Part shown: positions 17,450 through 25,351 of the stretch, in pieces | Layout: every line of letters starts with the position of its first letter | How positions within the stretch are numbered: position 1 is the first letter of the stretch | DNA from: Alkalilimnicola ehrlichii MLHE-1 | GTDB lineage: Bacteria > Pseudomonadota > Gammaproteobacteria > Nitrococcales > Halorhodospiraceae | Assembly (NCBI RefSeq): GCF_000014785.1 | Contig: NC_008340.1 | Coordinates: forward strand, 870,001 to 902,000 | Direction of reading: 5' to 3' | Length of the DNA stretch: 32,000 nt | Made by a program: the position numbers and the translations under genes | Notes under the pieces: model-generated | What the model was told of the DNA's origin: nothing | The model's database searches: none | What the model saw: the letters and a program-made list of their open reading frames with translations, nothing else

Positions 17450-18217
17450 ATGCTGACAGCCGAGGAACGTCTATGGGTGGCCGCACTGGCCCGGTATGTA
17501 CAGGACGCCCGTGCGCCCAGTGCCTACGGTGACGAGGGCGAGGCGCTGGCGGACCTGGAGGGCGATGCCGTGATACTGCGCCGCCTGGCGGAGCTGGCGG
17601 GCTATGACCCCGAGGCCACGGTGGTGGCGGTGAGGCGGGAGGTGTTGTGTTACCCCGATGGTCACAGATTGGTCACACGAAGCCCTGAGCGTGTGACCAG
17701 ACAAGAAAAAAGCCGCCCCGGTAACCCGGTAAGCGGCTGTTTTTCTTTGCTTTGTCTGGTAGGCGCGAGTGGACTCGAACCACCGACCCCCACCATGTCA
17801 AGGTGGTGCTCTAACCAGCTGAGCTACGCGCCTGTCGTGTTCGACGAGCGGTATTGTACCGTGTTGTCGGTGGTTGTCAAAGGACGCGGGATTGGGCTGG
17901 GGCTGGCCGGGAGGGGACGAACGCGGTCGAACTGCGAGGGGTGGGTCGGTGCTGTGGTTTTCAGCGCGGCCAGGCGCCTGACCCGTTCTGAAAACCCGTT
18001 TGCGGAGGCGGGCCCCCGCAAACGAATGCTTCACCTGCCCTTAGAGCAGGCCGCCCAGCAGGCCGGTGCTGCCCAGCAGGCCGTTCACCAGTTCCAAGAC
18101 CGGGTTCAGGATCCCCAGCAGCACTCCAAGCAGATCATTGACCAATTCCATGACGTTACTCCTTGTTTCCCGTATGGGTGGAAAAGGCCCGCACATCTAT
18201 TATTATGCAGGCACTGA
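17450..18217 (+). CDS. Element-terminal ORF; N-terminal ~80 codons plausible, remainder reads antisense through attR and tRNA-Val
   Basis: MLTAEERLWVAALARYVQDARAPSAYGDEGEALADLEGDAVILRRLAELAGYDPEATVVAVRREV with a GGAGG Shine-Dalgarno upstream; after 17698 the translation is of the att repeat/tRNA and flanking DNA. Confidence 0.4.
   Translation: MLTAEERLWVAALARYVQDARAPSAYGDEGEALADLEGDAVILRRLAELAGYDPEATVVAVRREVLCYPDGHRLVTRSPERVTRQEKSRPGNPVSGCFSLLCLVGASGLEPPTPTMSRWCSNQLSYAPVVFDERYCTVLSVVVKGRGIGLGLAGRGRTRSNCEGWVGAVVFSAARRLTRSENPFAEAGPRKRMLHLPLEQAAQQAGAAQQAVHQFQDRVQDPQQHSKQIIDQFHDVTPCFPYGWKRPAHLLLCRH
17657..17679. repeat. Right paired TGGTCACA site
   Basis: gatggtcacagattggtcacacg, identical to 8912-8934; a further inverted TGTGACCA at 17692-17699 abuts the att repeat. 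Confidence 0.75.
17698..17804. repeat. Right direct repeat (att)
   Basis: 105/107 identical to 8702-8808. Confidence 0.95.
17705..17738 (-). terminator. Terminator downstream of tRNA-Val (inside the duplicated att segment)
   Basis: Minus strand AGCCGC TTACCGGGTTACCGGG GCGGCT TTTTTC. Confidence 0.7.
17757..17833 (-). tRNA. tRNA-Val (anticodon GAC), CCA encoded
   Basis: Reverse complement AGGCGCG-TA-GCTC..GAGC-A-CCACC-TTGACAT-GGTGG-GGGTC-GGTGG-TTCGAGT-CCACT-CGCGCCT-ACCA folds as a canonical cloverleaf. Confidence 0.97.
17997..18024 (-). terminator. Strong 9-bp inverted repeat, possible terminator of the small ORF at 18041-18151
   Basis: CGTTTGCGG (17997-18005) ... CCGCAAACG (18016-18024); on the minus strand followed by GGGTTTTCAG. 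Confidence 0.5.
18041..18151 (-). CDS. Unannotated 36-aa hydrophobic Leu/Gly-rich small protein
   Basis: MELVNDLLGVLLGILNPVLELVNGLLGSTGLLGGLL; AAGGAG 7 nt upstream of ATG; hairpin 17 bp after the stop. Not in the supplied ORF track (too short). Confidence 0.65.
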   Translation of the reverse strand: MELVNDLLGVLLGILNPVLELVNGLLGSTGLLGGLL

Positions 18218-18560
18218 AAGCGTACGGTATGTTGTTTCGTTGCGGAATATTGTTTTAGTGCTAGTCGGTGTTAGTGGTTTGTTTGTAGGCATTATCATAA
18301 TAATTTAATGATTATCGGGCGGCGTTTGAGTTGAATAAAATGCCCATCTTTTATGGGTTCCGGTTGGTCCGTAACGCATTGGCTCATCTCCGTTGCGGCG
18401 AGTCATGCTCGGGGCCAGAGGGGCGCTCACCGGGGCCGGAGCAGGGTGGGACCGCACGCCGTTTGTGCGGTAGACTGCCGCACCCGTGGTGCGGCCGCGC
18501 GCCGGGGCACCAACACGAAACATCCGGGGGTTTCCCGGTATGAGGAAGGCGAACAACAGG

Positions 18561-19859
<1,299 letters not shown>

Positions 19860-19898
19860 GCGGCGTGTGACCCTGGTGCGGACAGTGGGTGTGGTGCG

Positions 19899-21380
19899 AT
19901 GACGGCGGCGTCCCGGACAATCCGGGGCCTCCTGTTGTTGCTTGCCGGCTTCGGCCTGCTGCCGGCGACTACGTCGGCGCACTGGCTCCCGCAGAATGAC
20001 GCCCACCTGCGCCACGATATCCAAATCCTGGCGGATGCCGGGGTGATCACCGGTGCGATGGGCACATGGCCCGTGCCGCGCGAAGCCCTGCTCCCCATCC
20101 TCCACCGGCCGTTGCCGGTCGAATCGCTGGATGCGCGTGAGGTTGCGGCCTGGTTCCGCGTGCGGCGGTTGTTGCGTGCAGAGCGGGGCTGGTACGGCAA
20201 CCTGCGGGTGAAGGGCGTTGCCGGCGAGGCCGAGCCCCCCGCCGGGTTGGCTTGGTTCGGCAATGCCAATCCGGAGGGCAGTGAGACCAGTGCGAGTGCC
20301 GCCTACCAAGGCGAAGGCCTGAGTTTCCGCCTGACCGGCAGTTGGGTGGACGACCCGGCGGATGGCCGCGAGTTCCGCGCCGACGGCAGCTACCTGGCGG
20401 CGCAGCTGGGCAACTGGATTGTGTCGGCGGGTGCGGTGCCCACCTATTGGGGGCCGGGTTGGTCTGGCAGCCTGATTCTGGGTAACGCCGCCCGCCCGGT
20501 GCCGGGTCTCACGGTGCAGCGGGCGGAACCGAAGGCGTTCCGGTTGCCGGTGCTCGAGCGCTTGGGCCCCTGGACCCTGCATGCCTTCTGGGGGCAGCTG
20601 GGGTCGGATCGGGCAGTGCCCAGGCCCCACTTCCTGGGCGCACGGTTCGCATTCCAGCCGAGCCCCCGGTTGGAGCTGGGGTTGAGTCGCACCGCTATCT
20701 GGGACTCGCCCCACACTGCCCGCGGGCTTCTGGACCTGGCCATCGCAGATCGGGACAGGGCCCAGCGCCGCACCACCGCCGAACAGATGGCCGGTCTTGA
20801 TCTGCGTCTGGCCTTTCCTGAGCATCTGTGGCCGTGGGCCGCGTATCTGCAGCACATCGGCGACAGTGAGTCCGGCCGGTTGCCCACCCAGCATATCGGT
20901 CTGTTCGGCCTGGAGAGTTGGGGGACGCTGGCCAATGATGCCAGCTACCGGGTGTTCCTGGAGTACGCCGATACCACGGCCCGCTTCTATTCCAGCCGCA
21001 AGCTGTTCAACTCGGCCTACGAGAGCGGTGGGCTGCCCAGCGGGCACCGGCACCGGGACCGGCCATTGGGCTACGCCACCGACAACGACAGCCGCCTGTT
21101 GACCCTGGGCGCGCTGTATCGGGCAGCGAACGATCACGCCGCCACGGTGAAGCTCCAGGTGGGCACTTTGAACCGCGATGACAGTCAGCGGGCCGGTGCC
21201 GGAGGCAACGTGATTGCGCCGCACAAACTCCGACTGGTGGATTTGGAGGGGGGCTACCGCTGGCCGTTGCGTCACGGCGAGGCGGGCCTGGGCGCGGGGA
21301 TGGCCCGGATCGACGAAGCCCGTGAGGGTGGGGCGGACTGGGAGGGGCGTGCCTGGCTGAAGTATGAGTACCAATTCTAG
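19899..21380 (+). CDS. wzi: Capsule assembly Wzi family outer-membrane protein
   Basis: Signal peptide, AHWLPQNDAHLRHDIQILADAGVI, VSAGAVPTYWGPGWSGSLILGNAARPVPG, C-terminal ...WLKYEYQF. Confidence 0.85.
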   Translation: MTAASRTIRGLLLLLAGFGLLPATTSAHWLPQNDAHLRHDIQILADAGVITGAMGTWPVPREALLPILHRPLPVESLDAREVAAWFRVRRLLRAERGWYGNLRVKGVAGEAEPPAGLAWFGNANPEGSETSASAAYQGEGLSFRLTGSWVDDPADGREFRADGSYLAAQLGNWIVSAGAVPTYWGPGWSGSLILGNAARPVPGLTVQRAEPKAFRLPVLERLGPWTLHAFWGQLGSDRAVPRPHFLGARFAFQPSPRLELGLSRTAIWDSPHTARGLLDLAIADRDRAQRRTTAEQMAGLDLRLAFPEHLWPWAAYLQHIGDSESGRLPTQHIGLFGLESWGTLANDASYRVFLEYADTTARFYSSRKLFNSAYESGGLPSGHRHRDRPLGYATDNDSRLLTLGALYRAANDHAATVKLQVGTLNRDDSQRAGAGGNVIAPHKLRLVDLEGGYRWPLRHGEAGLGAGMARIDEAREGGADWEGRAWLKYEYQF

Positions 21381-21449
21381 GGGGTGGGACCGGTTTAATT
21401 GCCACCGGTTACTGGGTATCCTTCCCCGCTTGCGACAGGATGGTGGACG

Positions 21450-21902
21450 ATGAGGTTGCCTTTTACCCGCTTCTTGGTGGTCTGTACCGGCAATATCTGC
21501 CGCAGTCCCATGGGCGAGGCTTACCTGCGCGATCGGCTGGGCGCGGGCGGGGAGTTTCTGATCGGCTCCGCCGGCACGGGTGCCCTGGTGGGTTATCCGG
21601 CCGACGACCACGCCATCACCGCCATGCAGGAGAAGGGCCTGGATATCAGCGCGCACCGGGCGCAACAGCTCACCCTAGCGTTGGCGCGTAACTACGATTT
21701 GCTCCTGGTCATGGACGATGGCCACCGGGAGTGGATAGAAAAGAACCATCCGGTCCTTCGGGGTCGGCTCTATCGTTTCGGGCACTGGCTGGATGCCGAG
21801 GTGGTGGACCCGGTCGGCCAGCCCCTGGAGGCCTTCAGGGAGGCCCGGGACCTGATCGAGCGGTCGGCGGACGCCTGGGCGCAACGTCTGCTGTCACATT
21901 GA
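21450..21902 (+). CDS. wzb: Low-molecular-weight protein-tyrosine phosphatase
   Basis: FLVVCTGNICRSPMGEA catalytic loop; followed by wza and wzc. ATG 21450 is the plausible start. Confidence 0.9.
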   Translation: MRLPFTRFLVVCTGNICRSPMGEAYLRDRLGAGGEFLIGSAGTGALVGYPADDHAITAMQEKGLDISAHRAQQLTLALARNYDLLLVMDDGHREWIEKNHPVLRGRLYRFGHWLDAEVVDPVGQPLEAFREARDLIERSADAWAQRLLSH

Positions 21903-21976
21903 TTGCCTGACGCCAACAACCGATAAAGCAAGCGATCGCTTCCCCATCTGGGTGATCAAAGGAAGGAGAAGACCTC

Positions 21977-23158
21977 GTGTCACTGGCCCAAGCAAAAGTC
22001 CTTGAACCCCAGGCCCCGGTGCGCGGCCCGGTGCGTGTGTTCCTTGCGTTGTTGGCGACAGCGGCGCTGGCCGGATGCACCATCGCACCCGGTATCGATA
22101 TGGACACCGATCCCGACCCGGCGGTGTGGACGCCCAGCGGCGAGGATGAGGCGGATTTTCTCCCCGAGATCAAGGCCATCAACGCCGACGTGCTGGTGGC
22201 ACAGCGCCAAGCCCGGCGCGAGGCGAGGGCGGCGGTGGAGCACGCCGCGCGGACCGAGCTGGTGGCGGATTACGAGTACCGCATCGGTGCCTCGGATGTG
22301 ATCAATATCGTGGTCTGGGGGCACCCCGAACTCAGCAACCCCCTTGGGCTCACCCAGGACATCGAGCAGCAGGCGCGGCTGGTCAGCCGTAACGGCACCA
22401 TCTTCTACCCCCACGTGGGGCTGCTGCCGGTGGCCGGAAAGACGGTGGACGAGATCCGCGAGCAGTTGGCCGAACTGCTGGAGCCCTACGTCACCGACCC
22501 GCAGGTGGACGTGCGGGTGGTGGAGTACCGCAGCCAGAAGGTGTACGTCACCGGCGAGGTCACCCAGCCCGGGACGCTGACGCTCACCGACGAGCCCATG
22601 ACCCTGCTGGACGCCATCAACCAGGCCGGTGGCTTTAACGAACTGGCGGACCGGCGCCGGGCGGTACTGACCCGCGACGGCGAGCAGCGCAGCATCGACC
22701 TGCAGACCCTCTACTCCAGCGGCAAGGGCGATCTGCTGCTCCGGGACCGCGATGTGGTCCACGTGCCGGACAATCAATTCAACCGGGTGTTCGTCATGGG
22801 TGAGATCACCCGGCAGACGGCCCTTCCCATGCGGGAGAATGGCCGGATGACCCTGGCCGAGGCCATTAGCGAGGCCGAAGGGCTCGACCTGAACACCGCC
22901 GACACCAGCAATATCTTCGTGCTGCGGGGCCAGCCTGTCTTTGACGACGAGGGTGAGATCCGCGGCGTGCGCCCGGAGGCCTACCATCTGGATGCGCGCT
23001 CCGGCCTGGCACTGGTGCTGGCCGAGGGCTTCGAGTTGCAACCGCGCGACATCGTCTACGCCGCCAGCTCCGGCGTGGTGCGCTTTAACCGCGTCATCAG
23101 CCAAATCCTGCCCACGGTACAGACCGTCTGGCAGACCCAACGGATCATCACTGACTAA
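21977..23158 (+). CDS. wza: Polysaccharide export outer-membrane lipoprotein
   Basis: GTG start with AAGGAG; lipobox LAGC; YRIGASDVINIVVWGHPELSN (poly_export) and SLBB-like repeats. Confidence 0.92.
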   Translation: MSLAQAKVLEPQAPVRGPVRVFLALLATAALAGCTIAPGIDMDTDPDPAVWTPSGEDEADFLPEIKAINADVLVAQRQARREARAAVEHAARTELVADYEYRIGASDVINIVVWGHPELSNPLGLTQDIEQQARLVSRNGTIFYPHVGLLPVAGKTVDEIREQLAELLEPYVTDPQVDVRVVEYRSQKVYVTGEVTQPGTLTLTDEPMTLLDAINQAGGFNELADRRRAVLTRDGEQRSIDLQTLYSSGKGDLLLRDRDVVHVPDNQFNRVFVMGEITRQTALPMRENGRMTLAEAISEAEGLDLNTADTSNIFVLRGQPVFDDEGEIRGVRPEAYHLDARSGLALVLAEGFELQPRDIVYAASSGVVRFNRVISQILPTVQTVWQTQRIITD

Positions 23159-23185
23159 AGCCTGAGCCCGGATAAGCCAATAGCC

Positions 23186-25351
23186 ATGTCCCAATACGAA
23201 CACCGCCCGACGTCTTCGGACCGTGATGACGAGATCGAGATCGGCCGTCTGGTCGAGATCCTGCTGAACGGCAAATGGATCATTGCCGGTCTCAGTGCAT
23301 TGGGGCTGGCCCTGGGCGGGTTCTATGCCTACACCAGCACACCGGTCTACAGCGGCGACATGCTGCTGCAGGTGGAGAGTAAGCAGGCGACGCTACCGGG
23401 GCTGTCGGAGATGCTGGGCGGCGAACAGCAGGTGCCCACCAGTGCGGAGGTGGAGCTGCTGCGATCGCGCATGGTGGTGGGTTCGGTGGTGGACCAACTG
23501 GACCTGGCCGTGCAGGCTCGGCCCTTGCCGACGGACTGGCGCGAGGCGGTGCTGGGTGTGAGCAACCCCCGGCGCCACATTGAGGTGGGCCGCTTCGAGG
23601 TCTCGCCGGCCCTGGAGGGCCAGACGTTCATCGTCCGTGTGCTGGGCGAGGGGCAGTTCGCCCTGCTTGAGGACGACGGCGGGGCGGAACTGGCGCGCGG
23701 GCGGGTGGACGAGACCCTGGTGCTGGACAACCCGGACGGCAGCTCGCTTCAGCTCTTTGTCCACGTGCTCACCGGCGAGCCGGGCGACACCTTCGAGCTG
23801 GTGCGCCAGCCGCGGCTGCGCGCCATTCAGAACCTGCGCAACGGCTTGAACGTCAGTCAGCGCGGTGAGTCGGGGATCCTGGAGGTCACTTACGAGCACC
23901 CGGACCGCCAGCTTATCGAGGAGGTCCTCAACACCCTGGGTATGGTCTACGTGCGCCAGAACGTGGAGCGTCGGACCGAGGAGGCGGCCCGCAGCCTGGA
24001 GTTCCTGGAGGAGCAGCTGCCACAGTTGCAGGACCGACTGCAGCAGGCCGAGGATGCCTTCAACGCCTTCCGCCGCGAGCACCAGGCGGTGGATATGGAT
24101 GAGAACACCCGGGTGATGCTCAGCCAGTTGGTCGAGGTGGAGAGCGAACTCCAGGCCTTGCGCCTGGAGGAGAGCGAGAAGAGCCTGCGCTTTGGTCGCG
24201 AGCACCCGCAAATGCAGTCGCTGCGCCAACGGCGCCAATCGCTGGAGACCCTGCGTGCCGAGCTGGAGGAGGAGCTGGGGGAACTGCCGGAGCGCCAGCA
24301 GCAGTTGGTGCGCCTGCGCCGCGAGGTGGAGGTGAACACCCAGCTCTACACCAACCTGCTCAACACCGCCCAGGAGTTGCGGATCTCCCAGGCCGGCACG
24401 GTTGGCAATGCCCGCGTGGTGGATGACGCGGCCGTGGGCTTCAATCCAGTGGCGCCGCAGACCACCCTGATTATGGCGCTGAGCCTGCTCCTGGGCGGCA
24501 TGCTGGGGGTGGGCACCGTGTTCGGCCGCGAGATGCTCCGTCGCGGGGTCGAAGACCCGGACGCCCTGGAACTGGAGGTGGGCATCCCGGTCTACGCCGT
24601 GGCGCCCCACAGCCCGGCGGCCCTGCAGCTCGAGAAGAAGGGCCGTCGACAGCGGACCCAGGTGCCGCTGCTGGCGGAGAAAAACAGCCAGGACCCGCTG
24701 GTGGAGAGCCTGCGCAGTCTGCGCACCAGCCTGAACTTCGCTCTGCTTAACAACGCCCGTAACGTCCTGGCCCTGACCAGTACCGGCCCGGGGGAGGGCA
24801 AGACCACCCTGTCCGTCAACTTGGCGGCGGTCCTGGCCCAGAGCGGCCAGCGGGTGCTGCTCATCGATACCGACATGCGCCGGGGCCATCTGCATATCTT
24901 TCTGCAGAACCGGCGGCGCGAGCCGGGCCTGTCCGGGGTGCTGGCCGGGCAGGCCACACTGGAGGAGGCGGTCTCACGCATCAGGGAGAATCTCGACGTG
25001 CTGCCCGCCGGCACCTTCCCGCCGAACCCCTCGGAGCTGCTGATGCAGGAGGGATTCGGCCGGCTGATCGAGGAGCAGCGCCAGCGCTATGACCTGGTGA
25101 TCCTGGACACCGCGCCAGTGATGCCGGTCACCGACGGCGTCCTGGCGGCCGCCCACGCCGGGCCGGTGTTCCTGGTGGCCCGGGCGGGCTATGTGACCAC
25201 CCGCGCGGTGCAAAGCACCATCTGGCGGCTGGAGAAGAACCAGATCGACACCACCGGGCTCGTGGTCAACGACCTCAACCCGAAACGGAGTGGGCGCTCG
25301 AGCGATTACTACTATTATCAGTACCAGTACAAGGCGCGGGCCAAGGACTGA
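23186..25351 (+). CDS. wzc: Polysaccharide co-polymerase / BY-kinase
   Basis: Wzz domain (EIEIGRLVEILLNGKWIIAGLSALGLALGGFYAY), coiled coil, Walker A GPGEGKTTLSVNLA, LLIDTDMRRG, C-terminal Tyr cluster SSDYYYYQYQYKARAKD. Confidence 0.95.
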   Translation: MSQYEHRPTSSDRDDEIEIGRLVEILLNGKWIIAGLSALGLALGGFYAYTSTPVYSGDMLLQVESKQATLPGLSEMLGGEQQVPTSAEVELLRSRMVVGSVVDQLDLAVQARPLPTDWREAVLGVSNPRRHIEVGRFEVSPALEGQTFIVRVLGEGQFALLEDDGGAELARGRVDETLVLDNPDGSSLQLFVHVLTGEPGDTFELVRQPRLRAIQNLRNGLNVSQRGESGILEVTYEHPDRQLIEEVLNTLGMVYVRQNVERRTEEAARSLEFLEEQLPQLQDRLQQAEDAFNAFRREHQAVDMDENTRVMLSQLVEVESELQALRLEESEKSLRFGREHPQMQSLRQRRQSLETLRAELEEELGELPERQQQLVRLRREVEVNTQLYTNLLNTAQELRISQAGTVGNARVVDDAAVGFNPVAPQTTLIMALSLLLGGMLGVGTVFGREMLRRGVEDPDALELEVGIPVYAVAPHSPAALQLEKKGRRQRTQVPLLAEKNSQDPLVESLRSLRTSLNFALLNNARNVLALTSTGPGEGKTTLSVNLAAVLAQSGQRVLLIDTDMRRGHLHIFLQNRRREPGLSGVLAGQATLEEAVSRIRENLDVLPAGTFPPNPSELLMQEGFGRLIEEQRQRYDLVILDTAPVMPVTDGVLAAAHAGPVFLVARAGYVTTRAVQSTIWRLEKNQIDTTGLVVNDLNPKRSGRSSDYYYYQYQYKARAKD

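Larger units (their letters stand above)
8702..17804 (+). mobile_element. Integrated satellite-like element in tRNA-Val: integrase, AlpA-like, primase/helicase, terminase large subunit, HK97 capsid protein
   Basis: 107-bp direct repeats at 8702-8808 and 17698-17804 (105/107 identical) containing the tRNA-Val 3' half; tyrosine integrase just inside the left repeat; phage-type genes between. Confidence 0.9.

Noticed and set aside
8702-17804. CRISPR array, retron, or classical toxin-antitoxin/abortive infection cargo inside the element
   Set aside because: No regularly spaced 25-40 bp repeats with unique spacers, no reverse transcriptase motifs (YxDD) and no recognisable TA pair were seen; element space is taken by replication and packaging-type genes.
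8702-17804. Full-length temperate prophage
   Set aside because: Too small (~9 kb), with no detectable repressor/antirepressor pair, portal, protease, tail, lysis or holin genes; a satellite-like element fits better, although a decayed prophage cannot be excluded.
17690-17835. Translation ...VGASGLEPPTPTMSRWCSNQLSYAP as a protein domain
   Set aside because: This is the well-known artefact of translating the antisense strand of a tRNA gene; only the upstream ~80 codons of this ORF could be a real protein.
25192-25199. Single TGTGACCA octamer in wzc
   Set aside because: An isolated 8-mer is expected about once by chance in a window of this size; it lacks the paired 11-bp arrangement seen in the element.
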